This document shows, piece by piece, positions 10,147 to 19,205 of a stretch of 60,768 nt of DNA (its first letter is position 1; each line of letters begins with the position of its first letter). The notes under the pieces are model-generated. The model saw only the letters and a program-made list of their open reading frames with translations. It searched no databases and was not told the origin of the DNA. The translations under genes and the position numbers were made by a program. Source of the stretch: Nitrospira sp. (lineage in GTDB: Bacteria; Nitrospirota; Nitrospiria; Nitrospirales; Nitrospiraceae); the NCBI GenBank assembly GCA_024330945.1, contig JANDJJ010000001.1, positions 1 through 60,768 of the forward strand. The letters are read 5' to 3'.

Positions 10147-11339
10147 AACGGACGATCTCCTCTTTCCTTGTTGTGGACACGGTCCGCCGCCGCAACGGCC
10201 TCCGGGTCTTCCCGCGCCGCGACACTCGACGGTTCCTGCGTGTGACTGCGATAAAAAGCCGCTCGAAATTCCAAAAACGTTCCTTGTTCGACGGCCGCTC
10301 GGACGCGGCGCATCAGATCCGAAAAATACCAAAGGTTATGAATGGTGTTCAGCCGCGCGGCCAACATTTCTTTCACCGAGAACAGATGATGAAGATACGC
10401 CCGCGAGTAGCGCCTGCAGACCGGGCACCCGCAGTCCGAATCGATCGGCCGCTCATCCCGGGCATATCGGGCTTGTTTGATGACCACCCGTCCCGCAGTC
10501 GTAAACAACGAGCCGGTCCGTCCATGCCGCGAGGGCGCCACGCAGTCGAAGAGGTCGATGCCGCGAAAGACCCCTTCGATCAGATCTTCCGGGTATCCCA
10601 CCCCCATCAGATACCGCGGCTTGTTCTCCGGCAGTTCCGGCACCGTCACGTCGAGCGTCGCATACATCTCGGCCTTGCTTTCTCCAACGGACAAGCCGCC
10701 GACCGCATAGCCGTCGAATCCCATGGCCGTGAGATCTCTCGCCGAGCGGACGCGCAGATCCGCGTCCAAGCCGCCCTGCACGATGCCGAACAGCGCTTGG
10801 TCGTTTCTCCGCCGGCCGGCCAAACACCGCTCGGCCCACAGCTTGGTTCGCCGCACACTCTCCAACACCAGCTCACGACTTGCGGGCAACGCGACGCAGT
10901 GATCGAACGCCATGATGATATCGGCCCCCAACGCTTCTTGGATTTCAACGGCGGTTTCCGGCGTGATGAAGTGACTCGAGCCGTCGATGTGCGATTGGAA
11001 GACCGCGCCTTCGTCCGTCACCGTGCATAACTTGGCCAAACTGAACACCTGAAAGCCCCCGCTGTCCGTCAAAATCGCTCCGGGCCAGCCGGTAAAGGCG
11101 TGCAGTCCGCCCATCTCCGCCACGATCTTGTGCCCCGGGCGGAGATAGAGATGATAGGCGTTGTTCAACAACAACCGGAATCCCATGAGCTGCAGCTCGT
11201 CCGGCGCCAGTCCCTTGACCGGCCCCAATGAACCGACCGGCATGAACGCCGGCGTATCGACGACGGCCCGCGCGGTGCACAATCGGCCGACCCTGGCTTT
11301 GGATTGCCGATCCTGTTGTTGAAGCCGATACTGGATCAT
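10140..11339 (-). CDS. tgt: Queuine tRNA-ribosyltransferase
   Basis: TPAFMPVG, TDSGGFQVFSL, FGIVQGG, PRYLMGVG, Zn motif CGCPVC...H. Confidence 0.97.
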   Translation of the reverse strand: MIQYRLQQQDRQSKARVGRLCTARAVVDTPAFMPVGSLGPVKGLAPDELQLMGFRLLLNNAYHLYLRPGHKIVAEMGGLHAFTGWPGAILTDSGGFQVFSLAKLCTVTDEGAVFQSHIDGSSHFITPETAVEIQEALGADIIMAFDHCVALPASRELVLESVRRTKLWAERCLAGRRRNDQALFGIVQGGLDADLRVRSARDLTAMGFDGYAVGGLSVGESKAEMYATLDVTVPELPENKPRYLMGVGYPEDLIEGVFRGIDLFDCVAPSRHGRTGSLFTTAGRVVIKQARYARDERPIDSDCGCPVCRRYSRAYLHHLFSVKEMLAARLNTIHNLWYFSDLMRRVRAAVEQGTFLEFRAAFYRSHTQEPSSVAAREDPEAVAAADRVHNKERGDRPLC

Positions 11340-11356
11340 GCCGCGCCCTTCTTTCT

Positions 11357-13081
11357 TCACATCTGCTCGGGAGCGGAAATTCCCAGCACCGTCAGACCGT
11401 TTTTGATGACTTGCTGAACGCCGCGCATGAGGGCCAGCCTGGCGGCGGTCCGCATTGGCGTCAGTTCCTCGGCCGATCCCGCTTCCTCGTGTTCCCGGCC
11501 GCCTGCGGGGGGGAGTATCCGATGTTTGTTGTAAAAGGTATGCAGCAGCGCCGCGAGCTGTTGGAGATAATACGTGACGCGATGGGGCTCGAACGTGGAC
11601 GCGCTGGTCTGAAGAATGTCCGGATAGACGGAGAGCTTCCGAATCAACCCCAATTCGTCAGGATCGATCAACAGAGCGAGGTCTGTCTCTTTCGGTCGAG
11701 GGCACTCGATCCCCCGCACAGCGGCCGTCCGCCACAAACTCGCGATACGAGCGTGGGCGTATTGCACGTAGTACACCGGATTGTCCGCCGATCGTTGTTT
11801 GGCCAGTTCCAGATCAAAGTCAAGATGAGTCCGTGAATCCCTCATGAGGAAAAAGAACTTCGCGGCGTCGGCGCCCACTTCGTCGATGACTTCGCGCATG
11901 GTCACGAATGAACCGGTCCGCTTCGACATCTTGACTTCAACCCCGGCCCGCAGGAGTTTGACGAGTTGAACCAACACCACCCGCAACTGCTCTTTGGGAT
12001 GGCCGTAGGCCTGCATCACAGCCTCCATACGAGGAATGTAGCCGTGGTGGTCGGCTCCCCACACGTCAACCAGCAGATCATATCCGCGCTGCAGTTTGTC
12101 CCGATGGTAAGCGATGTCCGACGCCAGGTAGGTATATTCGCCGTCCTGCTTCTTGACGACACGATCCTTTTCATCGCCGAAGACCGTGGAACGAAACCAC
12201 AGCGCGCCCTCTTGCTCAAACAAAAGGCCGCGGGCTTGCAAATCGTCCAGGGCCTGCTCCACCGCCCCGGACTTGAGCAGCGACTCCTCGCTGAACCACG
12301 ACTGAAATTCGATGCCGAACGACGCAAGGTCCCCCCGGATCAATTCCAACAGTTCTTGATAGGCGAGCGTGCGGCACCGCGCCTCAATCTCCGCCGGATC
12401 AGAAGACCCCGTCTCGCCATCGAGCTTGTGCTTGAGACGCCGGGCCACCTCGCTGATATAGGCGCCGTGGTAGCCTTCTTCCGGAAATTCGGCAGGCTGC
12501 CCCGACAGTTCTTGATAGCGTGCATAGACCGACGCTCCCAACAATTTCATCTGCCTGCCAGCATCATTGATATAGTACTCGCTGGTCACGTCATACCCGA
12601 CTGCTTCCAACAGACGAGCGACGGCCTGCCCGACCGCCGCTCCCCGTCCGTGCCCGACATGGAGCGGACCAGTGGGATTGGCGCTGACATATTCGACCAG
12701 GACGCGATGTCCTCGTCCCATGTCGGCCTTGCCATAGGCGTCTCCCCGTACGTCGATCTCTCGTAGCACTTCGTGCCACAGGGCCGGCTTGATCGTCAGG
12801 TTCAAAAATCCAGGGCGGACAATTTCCACACGCTCGAAGAGCCGCTCCGCTTCCGTGAGATGTTCGGCGATAATTTCGGCGACCTCGTGAGGTCTTTTTT
12901 CTTCCGACGGCGCCAAGGACATCGCGATCGTCGTCGCCAATTCCCCCCACTCCGGACGTTTTGGAGCATCCAGGGTCAGCGCCGGCCATGTTTGCGTTTT
13001 CAAGCGGCCTTTTTTCTTGGCCTCATTGAGGGCACCAAGCAAAGCGGTGGCCACCATTTCCTGGACGATGCCGTGAGACAC
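11357..13081 (-). CDS. argS: Arginine--tRNA ligase
   Basis: VEYVSANPTGPLHVGHGR, GADHHGY, KMSKRTG, NPVYYVQYAHARIAS. Confidence 0.98.
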   Translation of the reverse strand: MSHGIVQEMVATALLGALNEAKKKGRLKTQTWPALTLDAPKRPEWGELATTIAMSLAPSEEKRPHEVAEIIAEHLTEAERLFERVEIVRPGFLNLTIKPALWHEVLREIDVRGDAYGKADMGRGHRVLVEYVSANPTGPLHVGHGRGAAVGQAVARLLEAVGYDVTSEYYINDAGRQMKLLGASVYARYQELSGQPAEFPEEGYHGAYISEVARRLKHKLDGETGSSDPAEIEARCRTLAYQELLELIRGDLASFGIEFQSWFSEESLLKSGAVEQALDDLQARGLLFEQEGALWFRSTVFGDEKDRVVKKQDGEYTYLASDIAYHRDKLQRGYDLLVDVWGADHHGYIPRMEAVMQAYGHPKEQLRVVLVQLVKLLRAGVEVKMSKRTGSFVTMREVIDEVGADAAKFFFLMRDSRTHLDFDLELAKQRSADNPVYYVQYAHARIASLWRTAAVRGIECPRPKETDLALLIDPDELGLIRKLSVYPDILQTSASTFEPHRVTYYLQQLAALLHTFYNKHRILPPAGGREHEEAGSAEELTPMRTAARLALMRGVQQVIKNGLTVLGISAPEQM

Positions 13082-13091
13082 GTTGAATCTC

Positions 13092-14180
13092 CTAAGTTCT
13101 CAGTAAAGAAGGAGAAAATGAACGGGCCACTTTAGCACACGGGTCTGATAGAGACAAGGTAGAGTCCGAGCCATGGTCTTGCGATTTGGTTATCAAATGA
13201 TCATGTTTTCTGCACGCATCCAATATCTGTTTCGGGGAAATGGCCAAACAGATTTTTTCGGAACAAGCGGTGACGTGTTCCCACGAAGGACACTCGCACG
13301 GCACTCCCCGCAAGACGATCACGTGCGGCCCTTTAGGCGCCCATCGGGCTGGGTCGGTCGGCCCAAAGAGGGCAACGGTGGGAACTCCCAATAGTCCCGC
13401 CAGATGAGTGATACCCGAATCATGTCCGATGTACACCCGCGCTCGGAGAAGCACGCCGGCGACGGTTGTCAAGTCGGCATCGCGCAAGACGGGAAGAGGA
13501 CGGCCTGTTCTCCCAATAACGGCCTTTACGGCTTCTTGATCGGCCGGACCTTCCAGGAGAAGACACTGTGTCCCCGCGTTCTGTAATTTGTCGATAACGG
13601 AGGCCAACACCTCCGGCCTTGTGCATTTTGCTCGGCTCCCGCTCCCGGGATGAATCATCACCATGGGGCGATCGAGAGCGATGCCCCGTTTTGTCAGGCA
13701 CACCTCCCCGCTCCGCTTGAACACCGACGGAATGCGTATCCGCGGCACAACGGCCGGACCGTGCCCTTGTTCTCCGATCGCTTCACAGAAACGGTCGCTC
13801 TGATGGGTCGCCGTCACATTAGGATCGAACGGTGATCCGATGCGCACGTGGCTGATACCCATCATTTTGAGACGATTCGCAATGAGACCGTCATCATCCT
13901 TCAACCACCCGATGGCAAACTCGCAATGTTGAATCCAGGGGCACTTCTCGCTCGACGGAAACGATTCTTCGCCAAACAAGAAATTCCGAATGGCAATGGA
14001 TTCAAAAGAAATCCACTCTTCCACCACGTTACATTCCAGCAGAAATCTCCCTACCAGCTCATGGGAAGCAAGGACATATCGGTGGTTCGGATAATCAGCC
14101 CGAAGCCGTTGAAGAGCCGGAACCGCAAGAAGGACGTCACCAAGAGCACCGGGATGAATAACAAGAACGGCTTTGCGCAT
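13092..14180 (-). CDS. Glycosyltransferase family 9 (heptosyltransferase-like)
   Basis: GALGDVLL, IHPGSG, IGHDSGITHLA, VALFGPT. Confidence 0.88.
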   Translation of the reverse strand: MRKAVLVIHPGALGDVLLAVPALQRLRADYPNHRYVLASHELVGRFLLECNVVEEWISFESIAIRNFLFGEESFPSSEKCPWIQHCEFAIGWLKDDDGLIANRLKMMGISHVRIGSPFDPNVTATHQSDRFCEAIGEQGHGPAVVPRIRIPSVFKRSGEVCLTKRGIALDRPMVMIHPGSGSRAKCTRPEVLASVIDKLQNAGTQCLLLEGPADQEAVKAVIGRTGRPLPVLRDADLTTVAGVLLRARVYIGHDSGITHLAGLLGVPTVALFGPTDPARWAPKGPHVIVLRGVPCECPSWEHVTACSEKICLAISPKQILDACRKHDHLITKSQDHGSDSTLSLSDPCAKVARSFSPSLLRT

Positions 14181-14186
14181 CGACTT

Positions 14187-14801
14187 TTAACCCCCGGCAC
14201 GAGGATTTCCCGCCATTTTTCTGGCTGTTTCCAGCTCCTCCGGCGTGTTGACATTGAAAAAAGACCGCCCTCCAGGATCGAGGCCGCTTATTTCCATCTG
14301 CTGGACCCATCGAACGTGAAGGTTCGCCTCATTCACAACATCTTTTATACTGAGCCGGCCGCTCTGTACCATCTGCTCAATGACCGGCAGGCACCGCTTG
14401 CTATAGAGCGCATGCGTCGGTTGTGGGCCGAACTCTGAACGGGGAATCACTACATCCACATCGTCTTTCAATGAAACCAGATGCCGAATCACGACCGGAC
14501 TTATGAACGGCATGTCACAGGCGACCGCAAAAATATACAGCGTCCGCGATAGTTTCAATCCTGTGTAGATCCCTCCCAGACTTCCGCGATTTGGGATAAG
14601 ATCCCGCCACACCGGCGTGGCAGCCTCGATCATCGTGGAATCATCTCCGACCACAATGCTCACGTTCTGAAAGACGTCCTGCAACACAGTAAGGCTCCGA
14701 TCAAGAAGAGTATGTTCCCCGACGGAAAGAAACCTTTTATCCTTTCCCATCCGCCGACTTCGGCCACCGGCGAGGAGAATACCCGTAACGTCGGAGATCA
14801 T
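14187..14801 (-). CDS. mobA: Molybdenum cofactor guanylyltransferase
   Basis: ILLAGGRSRRMGKDK, GSLGGIYTGL, VACDMPF, FFNVNTPEEL. Confidence 0.93.
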   Translation of the reverse strand: MISDVTGILLAGGRSRRMGKDKRFLSVGEHTLLDRSLTVLQDVFQNVSIVVGDDSTMIEAATPVWRDLIPNRGSLGGIYTGLKLSRTLYIFAVACDMPFISPVVIRHLVSLKDDVDVVIPRSEFGPQPTHALYSKRCLPVIEQMVQSGRLSIKDVVNEANLHVRWVQQMEISGLDPGGRSFFNVNTPEELETARKMAGNPRAGG

Positions 14802-14821
14802 CCTCTTGCCTCGGAAAGATC

Positions 14822-14870
14822 AATAAAAGAAAAAACAAAGAGGGGGCGGGAAGTTTCCCGCCCCCTCTTT
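14822..14870 (-). terminator. Rho-independent terminator of the cytochrome/bd-like operon
   Basis: Perfect stem AAAGAGGGGGCGGG / CCCGCCCCCTCTTT, followed on the minus strand by GTTTTTTCTTTT. Confidence 0.85.
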
Positions 14871-14910
14871 CACCGCCACTATTCTCTCGTGATACCTGAT
14901 CCGTTACCCG

Positions 14911-16686
14911 TTACAGGGTTTTTCCCTTCTTTTTGTTGGCGCGGCGTGTCAAGACCCACCCTTCGAGAAAGACAACACCGACGGCAATGACAACAGGATA
15001 AATATAGGTCTCTTGTGGAATCGGAGGATTCATAAACGTGTAATAAAAGGCTGACACGGCCATCTTTCGACCCGCATCACCATTGTGGCCGTCCCATGCG
15101 AAAAAGACCGTGGGAATATATTGACCGACCTCGAAAAACGTGTCTTCGTCATAATCCTGGTCTTTCTTATTTCCCAGAGGGCGTTCGATCATCACATACC
15201 AACGACCATTTTTCCATTCGCTTTTCAGGACTTTCAGGTGCTCCTCGTAGTTATCGCGTTCCTCAAAGTCCTTGTCCCATCCGGTTCCTTTGAAGGCCCT
15301 GATGGAGCCATCGGCTTCCCACTTCACAATATCGACCGGAAACTGCTCGTTCGTTCCAAACAGATAGCGTGGTTTAATCGGAGCGGGTAGTTCCTTCCAT
15401 TTGACGGGAGTTTCGATTGCGATGGCATCGTTATAGACGGGATAGTTATTTTGCTTCGCCGCAATAGAGCCTCCTTCTCCCGTGGACGGCTCTTGTTCTT
15501 GAATGTCGATGTTAACTTCGGTCGGAGCCCAGGGCAATTTCCCCTCAGCCACGCTCTTTGTCCGATCATCCCATTCCAAAAGATAGGCAATAGACTTATC
15601 GTTGTACAAAGACCTGACCCATATGTCGTCAATTCGATTCACAAAATTTCTAGGCTTATGGGTAATTTGCCCGCCCATTGCGACGTAGCGACGCGGCGCA
15701 TTCTTCCACGCCTCATTCTCAATATCAGCCGGAATTTCCCCTTCCACCATGTTTGAGGGGATCACAAAATTGATCTTGGGTTTATCGGTTAAAGGATCGA
15801 TGGGAAGGGGTTTTCCTTCTTCATCCCGCTCGCACAGAGAATTCACAAAATTGGCAATGTCCCATCGCTCATCTATCGTCGTGTTATCCGCAAAGGACGG
15901 CATGGGGGTTCCGTTAATCCCTGTCGAGAAGGTCCTGAAAATGTTGACCACGCTGTAAGGGTCCTGGCGGCTTCCTCTAAAATTCCAACATTTATGCCAA
16001 TTGGCCGGCTGAATGGAAAACCCCCAATCGTCTTTCAAATTGAACGCATTTCCATCACCACGACCTTCAAGGCCATGACATTCGATACATTTCTTTTCAA
16101 CAATCAGTTCAGATCCTCTTTTGATACTTTCTTCCGTCGCTGGTTTTGGCTTCAGCTCCGCCATATTGAGAATGGTTTGAGTTTCTGACTGTTTGTCCGT
16201 AAAGCTCCTATCTTTTACAAGTTGAGTTGTAACAAAGGCCAGCACTTGGAGCCGCTGTTCCTCAGTCAAAATACCTTCCCACGGCGGCATAGCCGATCCA
16301 GGCAACCCATGCGTCACGGTGTCGAAGAGATCATTCTGACCGCGAATAGGCTTTTTGGCATCGAACAGTGGCAGCTCACCGCTGGCAGTATGACGAATTT
16401 TGAACGTCCCTTGATTAAAATTGCGCGGGCGAGGCCAGAGTCGATCAGCACCAGGCCCGTCACCAGCACCATCAACCCCATGACACCACACGCACTTTGT
16501 AAAATAGACCCGTTTACCGGCCTCGATCATTTCAGCGGAGGGTGGCGCTGCCAGTTCTCCCTTCTTAAATCCTTCCGGAATTCCCCCCTGAGCAAAAGCC
16601 GGAATTTCCATACCGGCGATAATTAACGCAGCCCCGAAGGCAATTGACAGCGTCAGACCAGCCTTCTGAGTTCCACTGTTTTGCAT
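14911..16686 (-). CDS. Membrane-anchored diheme cytochrome c with a C-terminal ethylbenzene-dehydrogenase-gamma-like domain (candidate NxrC-type/oxidase-associated subunit)
   Basis: Signal peptide; CVWCH and CIECH; PRPRNF and GSAMPPW cytochrome c motifs; LLEWDD...GRWYVMIERPL...VFFAWDG EB_dh-like domain; C-terminal TM. Start ATG 16686 with SD. Confidence 0.8.
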   Translation of the reverse strand: MQNSGTQKAGLTLSIAFGAALIIAGMEIPAFAQGGIPEGFKKGELAAPPSAEMIEAGKRVYFTKCVWCHGVDGAGDGPGADRLWPRPRNFNQGTFKIRHTASGELPLFDAKKPIRGQNDLFDTVTHGLPGSAMPPWEGILTEEQRLQVLAFVTTQLVKDRSFTDKQSETQTILNMAELKPKPATEESIKRGSELIVEKKCIECHGLEGRGDGNAFNLKDDWGFSIQPANWHKCWNFRGSRQDPYSVVNIFRTFSTGINGTPMPSFADNTTIDERWDIANFVNSLCERDEEGKPLPIDPLTDKPKINFVIPSNMVEGEIPADIENEAWKNAPRRYVAMGGQITHKPRNFVNRIDDIWVRSLYNDKSIAYLLEWDDRTKSVAEGKLPWAPTEVNIDIQEQEPSTGEGGSIAAKQNNYPVYNDAIAIETPVKWKELPAPIKPRYLFGTNEQFPVDIVKWEADGSIRAFKGTGWDKDFEERDNYEEHLKVLKSEWKNGRWYVMIERPLGNKKDQDYDEDTFFEVGQYIPTVFFAWDGHNGDAGRKMAVSAFYYTFMNPPIPQETYIYPVVIAVGVVFLEGWVLTRRANKKKGKTL

Positions 16687-16724
16687 AGCGTTCCTCTTCC
16701 TTAATGAACAAGTCGGAGATACAA

Positions 16725-17762
16725 TCAATCCCAGGTTCGCGGATAATATCCGGTATGCCAGTATTCAAACAGAATGACTTTCCACATTTCATCAACCGTC
16801 AAATGCTGCTCCCAAGGCGGCATGACGGACGCCCATGGAAACCCTTCATTTGGAAGCCCCATCCCACCTTTTGCCACACGCCAGAAAATAAACGTCTCCT
16901 GCAACTGGGCAATTGTCCCTGGATCCGTGAAATTCGCGGGAATAGGGTTAAACGCAAAAGCATGAAGACCACGGCCGTTTAGGTTGTCACCATGACAGAA
17001 ATGGCAATTTTGGAAAAAGATTTCTCCGCCTTCACGGACATACTTTAAGTATCCTTCAGCTTTTTCATCCCAAGGATTGGCATTCGGCTTCATGAGCCGT
17101 CCCATGCCCTGCTCAACAATAAGTGAATTGCTATATTCTTGATCGTATTTACCTTCAGGATTCACACGATAGGGATTTAAAGAGGTTTGCAACACATAGG
17201 TCTTACCATGCACCTTTGTACTGGCAGGGGGAGCAGGATGCACGGTTCTCAATTCAATGGGCTCTTCCGATTTCGGCATCATCACGTTGTAAGAAAACCC
17301 CCACGTGAGAATCGGAAGAGCGATCAAATAAACGTATCGAAGCACTTTATTGAACCCGGTCTGAGCATCCAAGACATTCAAGATAGGCTGTTTGAACTTT
17401 TTCCAATCTTCTTCATTCGCCGAAACCCACATAAGAACGGCGACGAGCCCTACTGTGCCATACATGGCTCGCACGCTGAATGGAATGGGAGGATAAACTC
17501 TATATTTGATGTAGAGAAGGAAGAAGATCCAAAATCCAATCCCTTGCCAGAAGCGTGGAATTCCCATTCCCATCGCATTGAGCATGTAGCTCAGACCGGT
17601 AAATCCAAGAACGTAGCACCCGACCTCGAAGAGCATCTGCATCGGCATATACCCCTCGACAAGACGAATGGTATTCGAAGGGATAATGTCGAATATCATT
17701 CCGGCCAGCAGCAGCAAACCGACAATCCCTACCAAGGCGCCGAGCGACATCAATGCTTTCAT
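16725..17762 (-). CDS. Membrane-bound monoheme cytochrome c
   Basis: About 5 N-terminal hydrophobic helices; CHFCH; PANF; distal-Met motif SVMPPW. Confidence 0.85.
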   Translation of the reverse strand: MKALMSLGALVGIVGLLLLAGMIFDIIPSNTIRLVEGYMPMQMLFEVGCYVLGFTGLSYMLNAMGMGIPRFWQGIGFWIFFLLYIKYRVYPPIPFSVRAMYGTVGLVAVLMWVSANEEDWKKFKQPILNVLDAQTGFNKVLRYVYLIALPILTWGFSYNVMMPKSEEPIELRTVHPAPPASTKVHGKTYVLQTSLNPYRVNPEGKYDQEYSNSLIVEQGMGRLMKPNANPWDEKAEGYLKYVREGGEIFFQNCHFCHGDNLNGRGLHAFAFNPIPANFTDPGTIAQLQETFIFWRVAKGGMGLPNEGFPWASVMPPWEQHLTVDEMWKVILFEYWHTGYYPRTWD

Positions 17763-17811
17763 TGCTCACTCCCTTTGCACTTCTCGAACAGAAATATGAA
17801 CCTTGCCTACC

Positions 17812-19122
17812 CTATGAAATCTTTGGTGGCGGTGCTCCAACTTTCACTTGAGAGAGATAGTCAACAATTTTTTTCAGAGCTCCGGCACTTAATTTTTGCC
17901 CGAATACCTTTGGCATTGTATTGTCAGGAAACGGTTTGACCACGTATGCGCTCGGATCAACGATCGACTCCATAATATATTCGGCCGGAGACTTGGCTGT
18001 CCCCTTGTAGTCCGGCGCTTTGATACGCTGAGCAGCCGTCGTTCCCTCCTCAAGCTTCGGGCCGATGGTACCTACAGCCCCGGGAATACCAGGTATGGTG
18101 TGACATGCGACACATTGAGCTTTGGCAAAAATTTGATCCACAGGCTCCGAACCATCTGCCATTAAGGATGTGGCTCCTCCTGCCGGCTTATCTTCCTGAA
18201 GCTGCGGGCGTTCCCCCTCAGGAATGAATTTCTCATAGGACTTGACTATTTCTTCAAAAGAAGGAGGCTCCAACCCCTCCCGCACATACATCCACGTATC
18301 AACGGCCGCCAACTCCGGAAGACTTAAAGAGATTGGGGGTTTATGAATGGCCGGCATGGGACTTTCTCTATCATTCGTTCCCTTCACCCCATACCCTTGA
18401 ACCACGTAACAGCTCGGACAAGCATGAGACTCTGCAATATACTCCTGAGTATTCTCGGCCGTGCCAGACCCTGGAAACGCCTCTTTCACAGCATACTCCC
18501 GTTTAGCGGGATTTCCTTTTGAGTATTTCGGATCTTCCAACCGTTCCTTGGAACGATTAACCAATCCAAGCAAATTGGGAGCACGTTCCCCTAACATGCC
18601 GGCATGGAAGGCATGACACAAAGGACATTGTCCCTTCCCAATCGCTCCCTGTTCTTTGTTCTTCCCGATCCCTCCAAAAATGATTTTCTCTCCTTCGTCG
18701 GCCAGCTGCTGGGGCGTCATGGAATTGAAATCAAGCTTCTCTTCTACGGGAGGAAATCCCCCTTCCACTTGAGGAAGCCAGTTTCCGTATCCAGACAAAA
18801 ACGCCGCGACAAAAAACATGAACCCACCGATCTTGAGCAGCGCGCTCAGATTGGTGAAGTACAGAGCCATAATGAAAGACGTGGCGGTAATCATCACGAG
18901 AGAGACCGGCAGCAGCCTGCTCTCTCCATAAAAATTCGTTTTGTAATTGGCAATCGCCACGAACATGAGGAATGTCGAAACGATCCCAATAAACGTCTTA
19001 AAAACCGCCCGTTTTTTAGCAGCAGGATCACTGATTGACACCTGAAAATAGATAAGAAGTCCTGTCAGGATAGCGATCGCCATCCAACCCATTGAAAGCG
19101 CTTCAGCAATCAAATTACCCAA
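17812..19122 (-). CDS. Membrane-bound diheme cytochrome c
   Basis: TTG start with AGGAGG; about 4 TM; CPLCH and CVACH in two homologous domains, each with a distal MP motif. Confidence 0.85.
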   Translation of the reverse strand: MGNLIAEALSMGWMAIAILTGLLIYFQVSISDPAAKKRAVFKTFIGIVSTFLMFVAIANYKTNFYGESRLLPVSLVMITATSFIMALYFTNLSALLKIGGFMFFVAAFLSGYGNWLPQVEGGFPPVEEKLDFNSMTPQQLADEGEKIIFGGIGKNKEQGAIGKGQCPLCHAFHAGMLGERAPNLLGLVNRSKERLEDPKYSKGNPAKREYAVKEAFPGSGTAENTQEYIAESHACPSCYVVQGYGVKGTNDRESPMPAIHKPPISLSLPELAAVDTWMYVREGLEPPSFEEIVKSYEKFIPEGERPQLQEDKPAGGATSLMADGSEPVDQIFAKAQCVACHTIPGIPGAVGTIGPKLEEGTTAAQRIKAPDYKGTAKSPAEYIMESIVDPSAYVVKPFPDNTMPKVFGQKLSAGALKKIVDYLSQVKVGAPPPKIS

Positions 19123-19205
19123 GGTACTAACCCTCCTACCGCTTTACAAGGAAAAATCCGTGACGGCCCCTTTCCTTGCAAAGCCGATCCTTAGATAAAA
19201 GTTCA

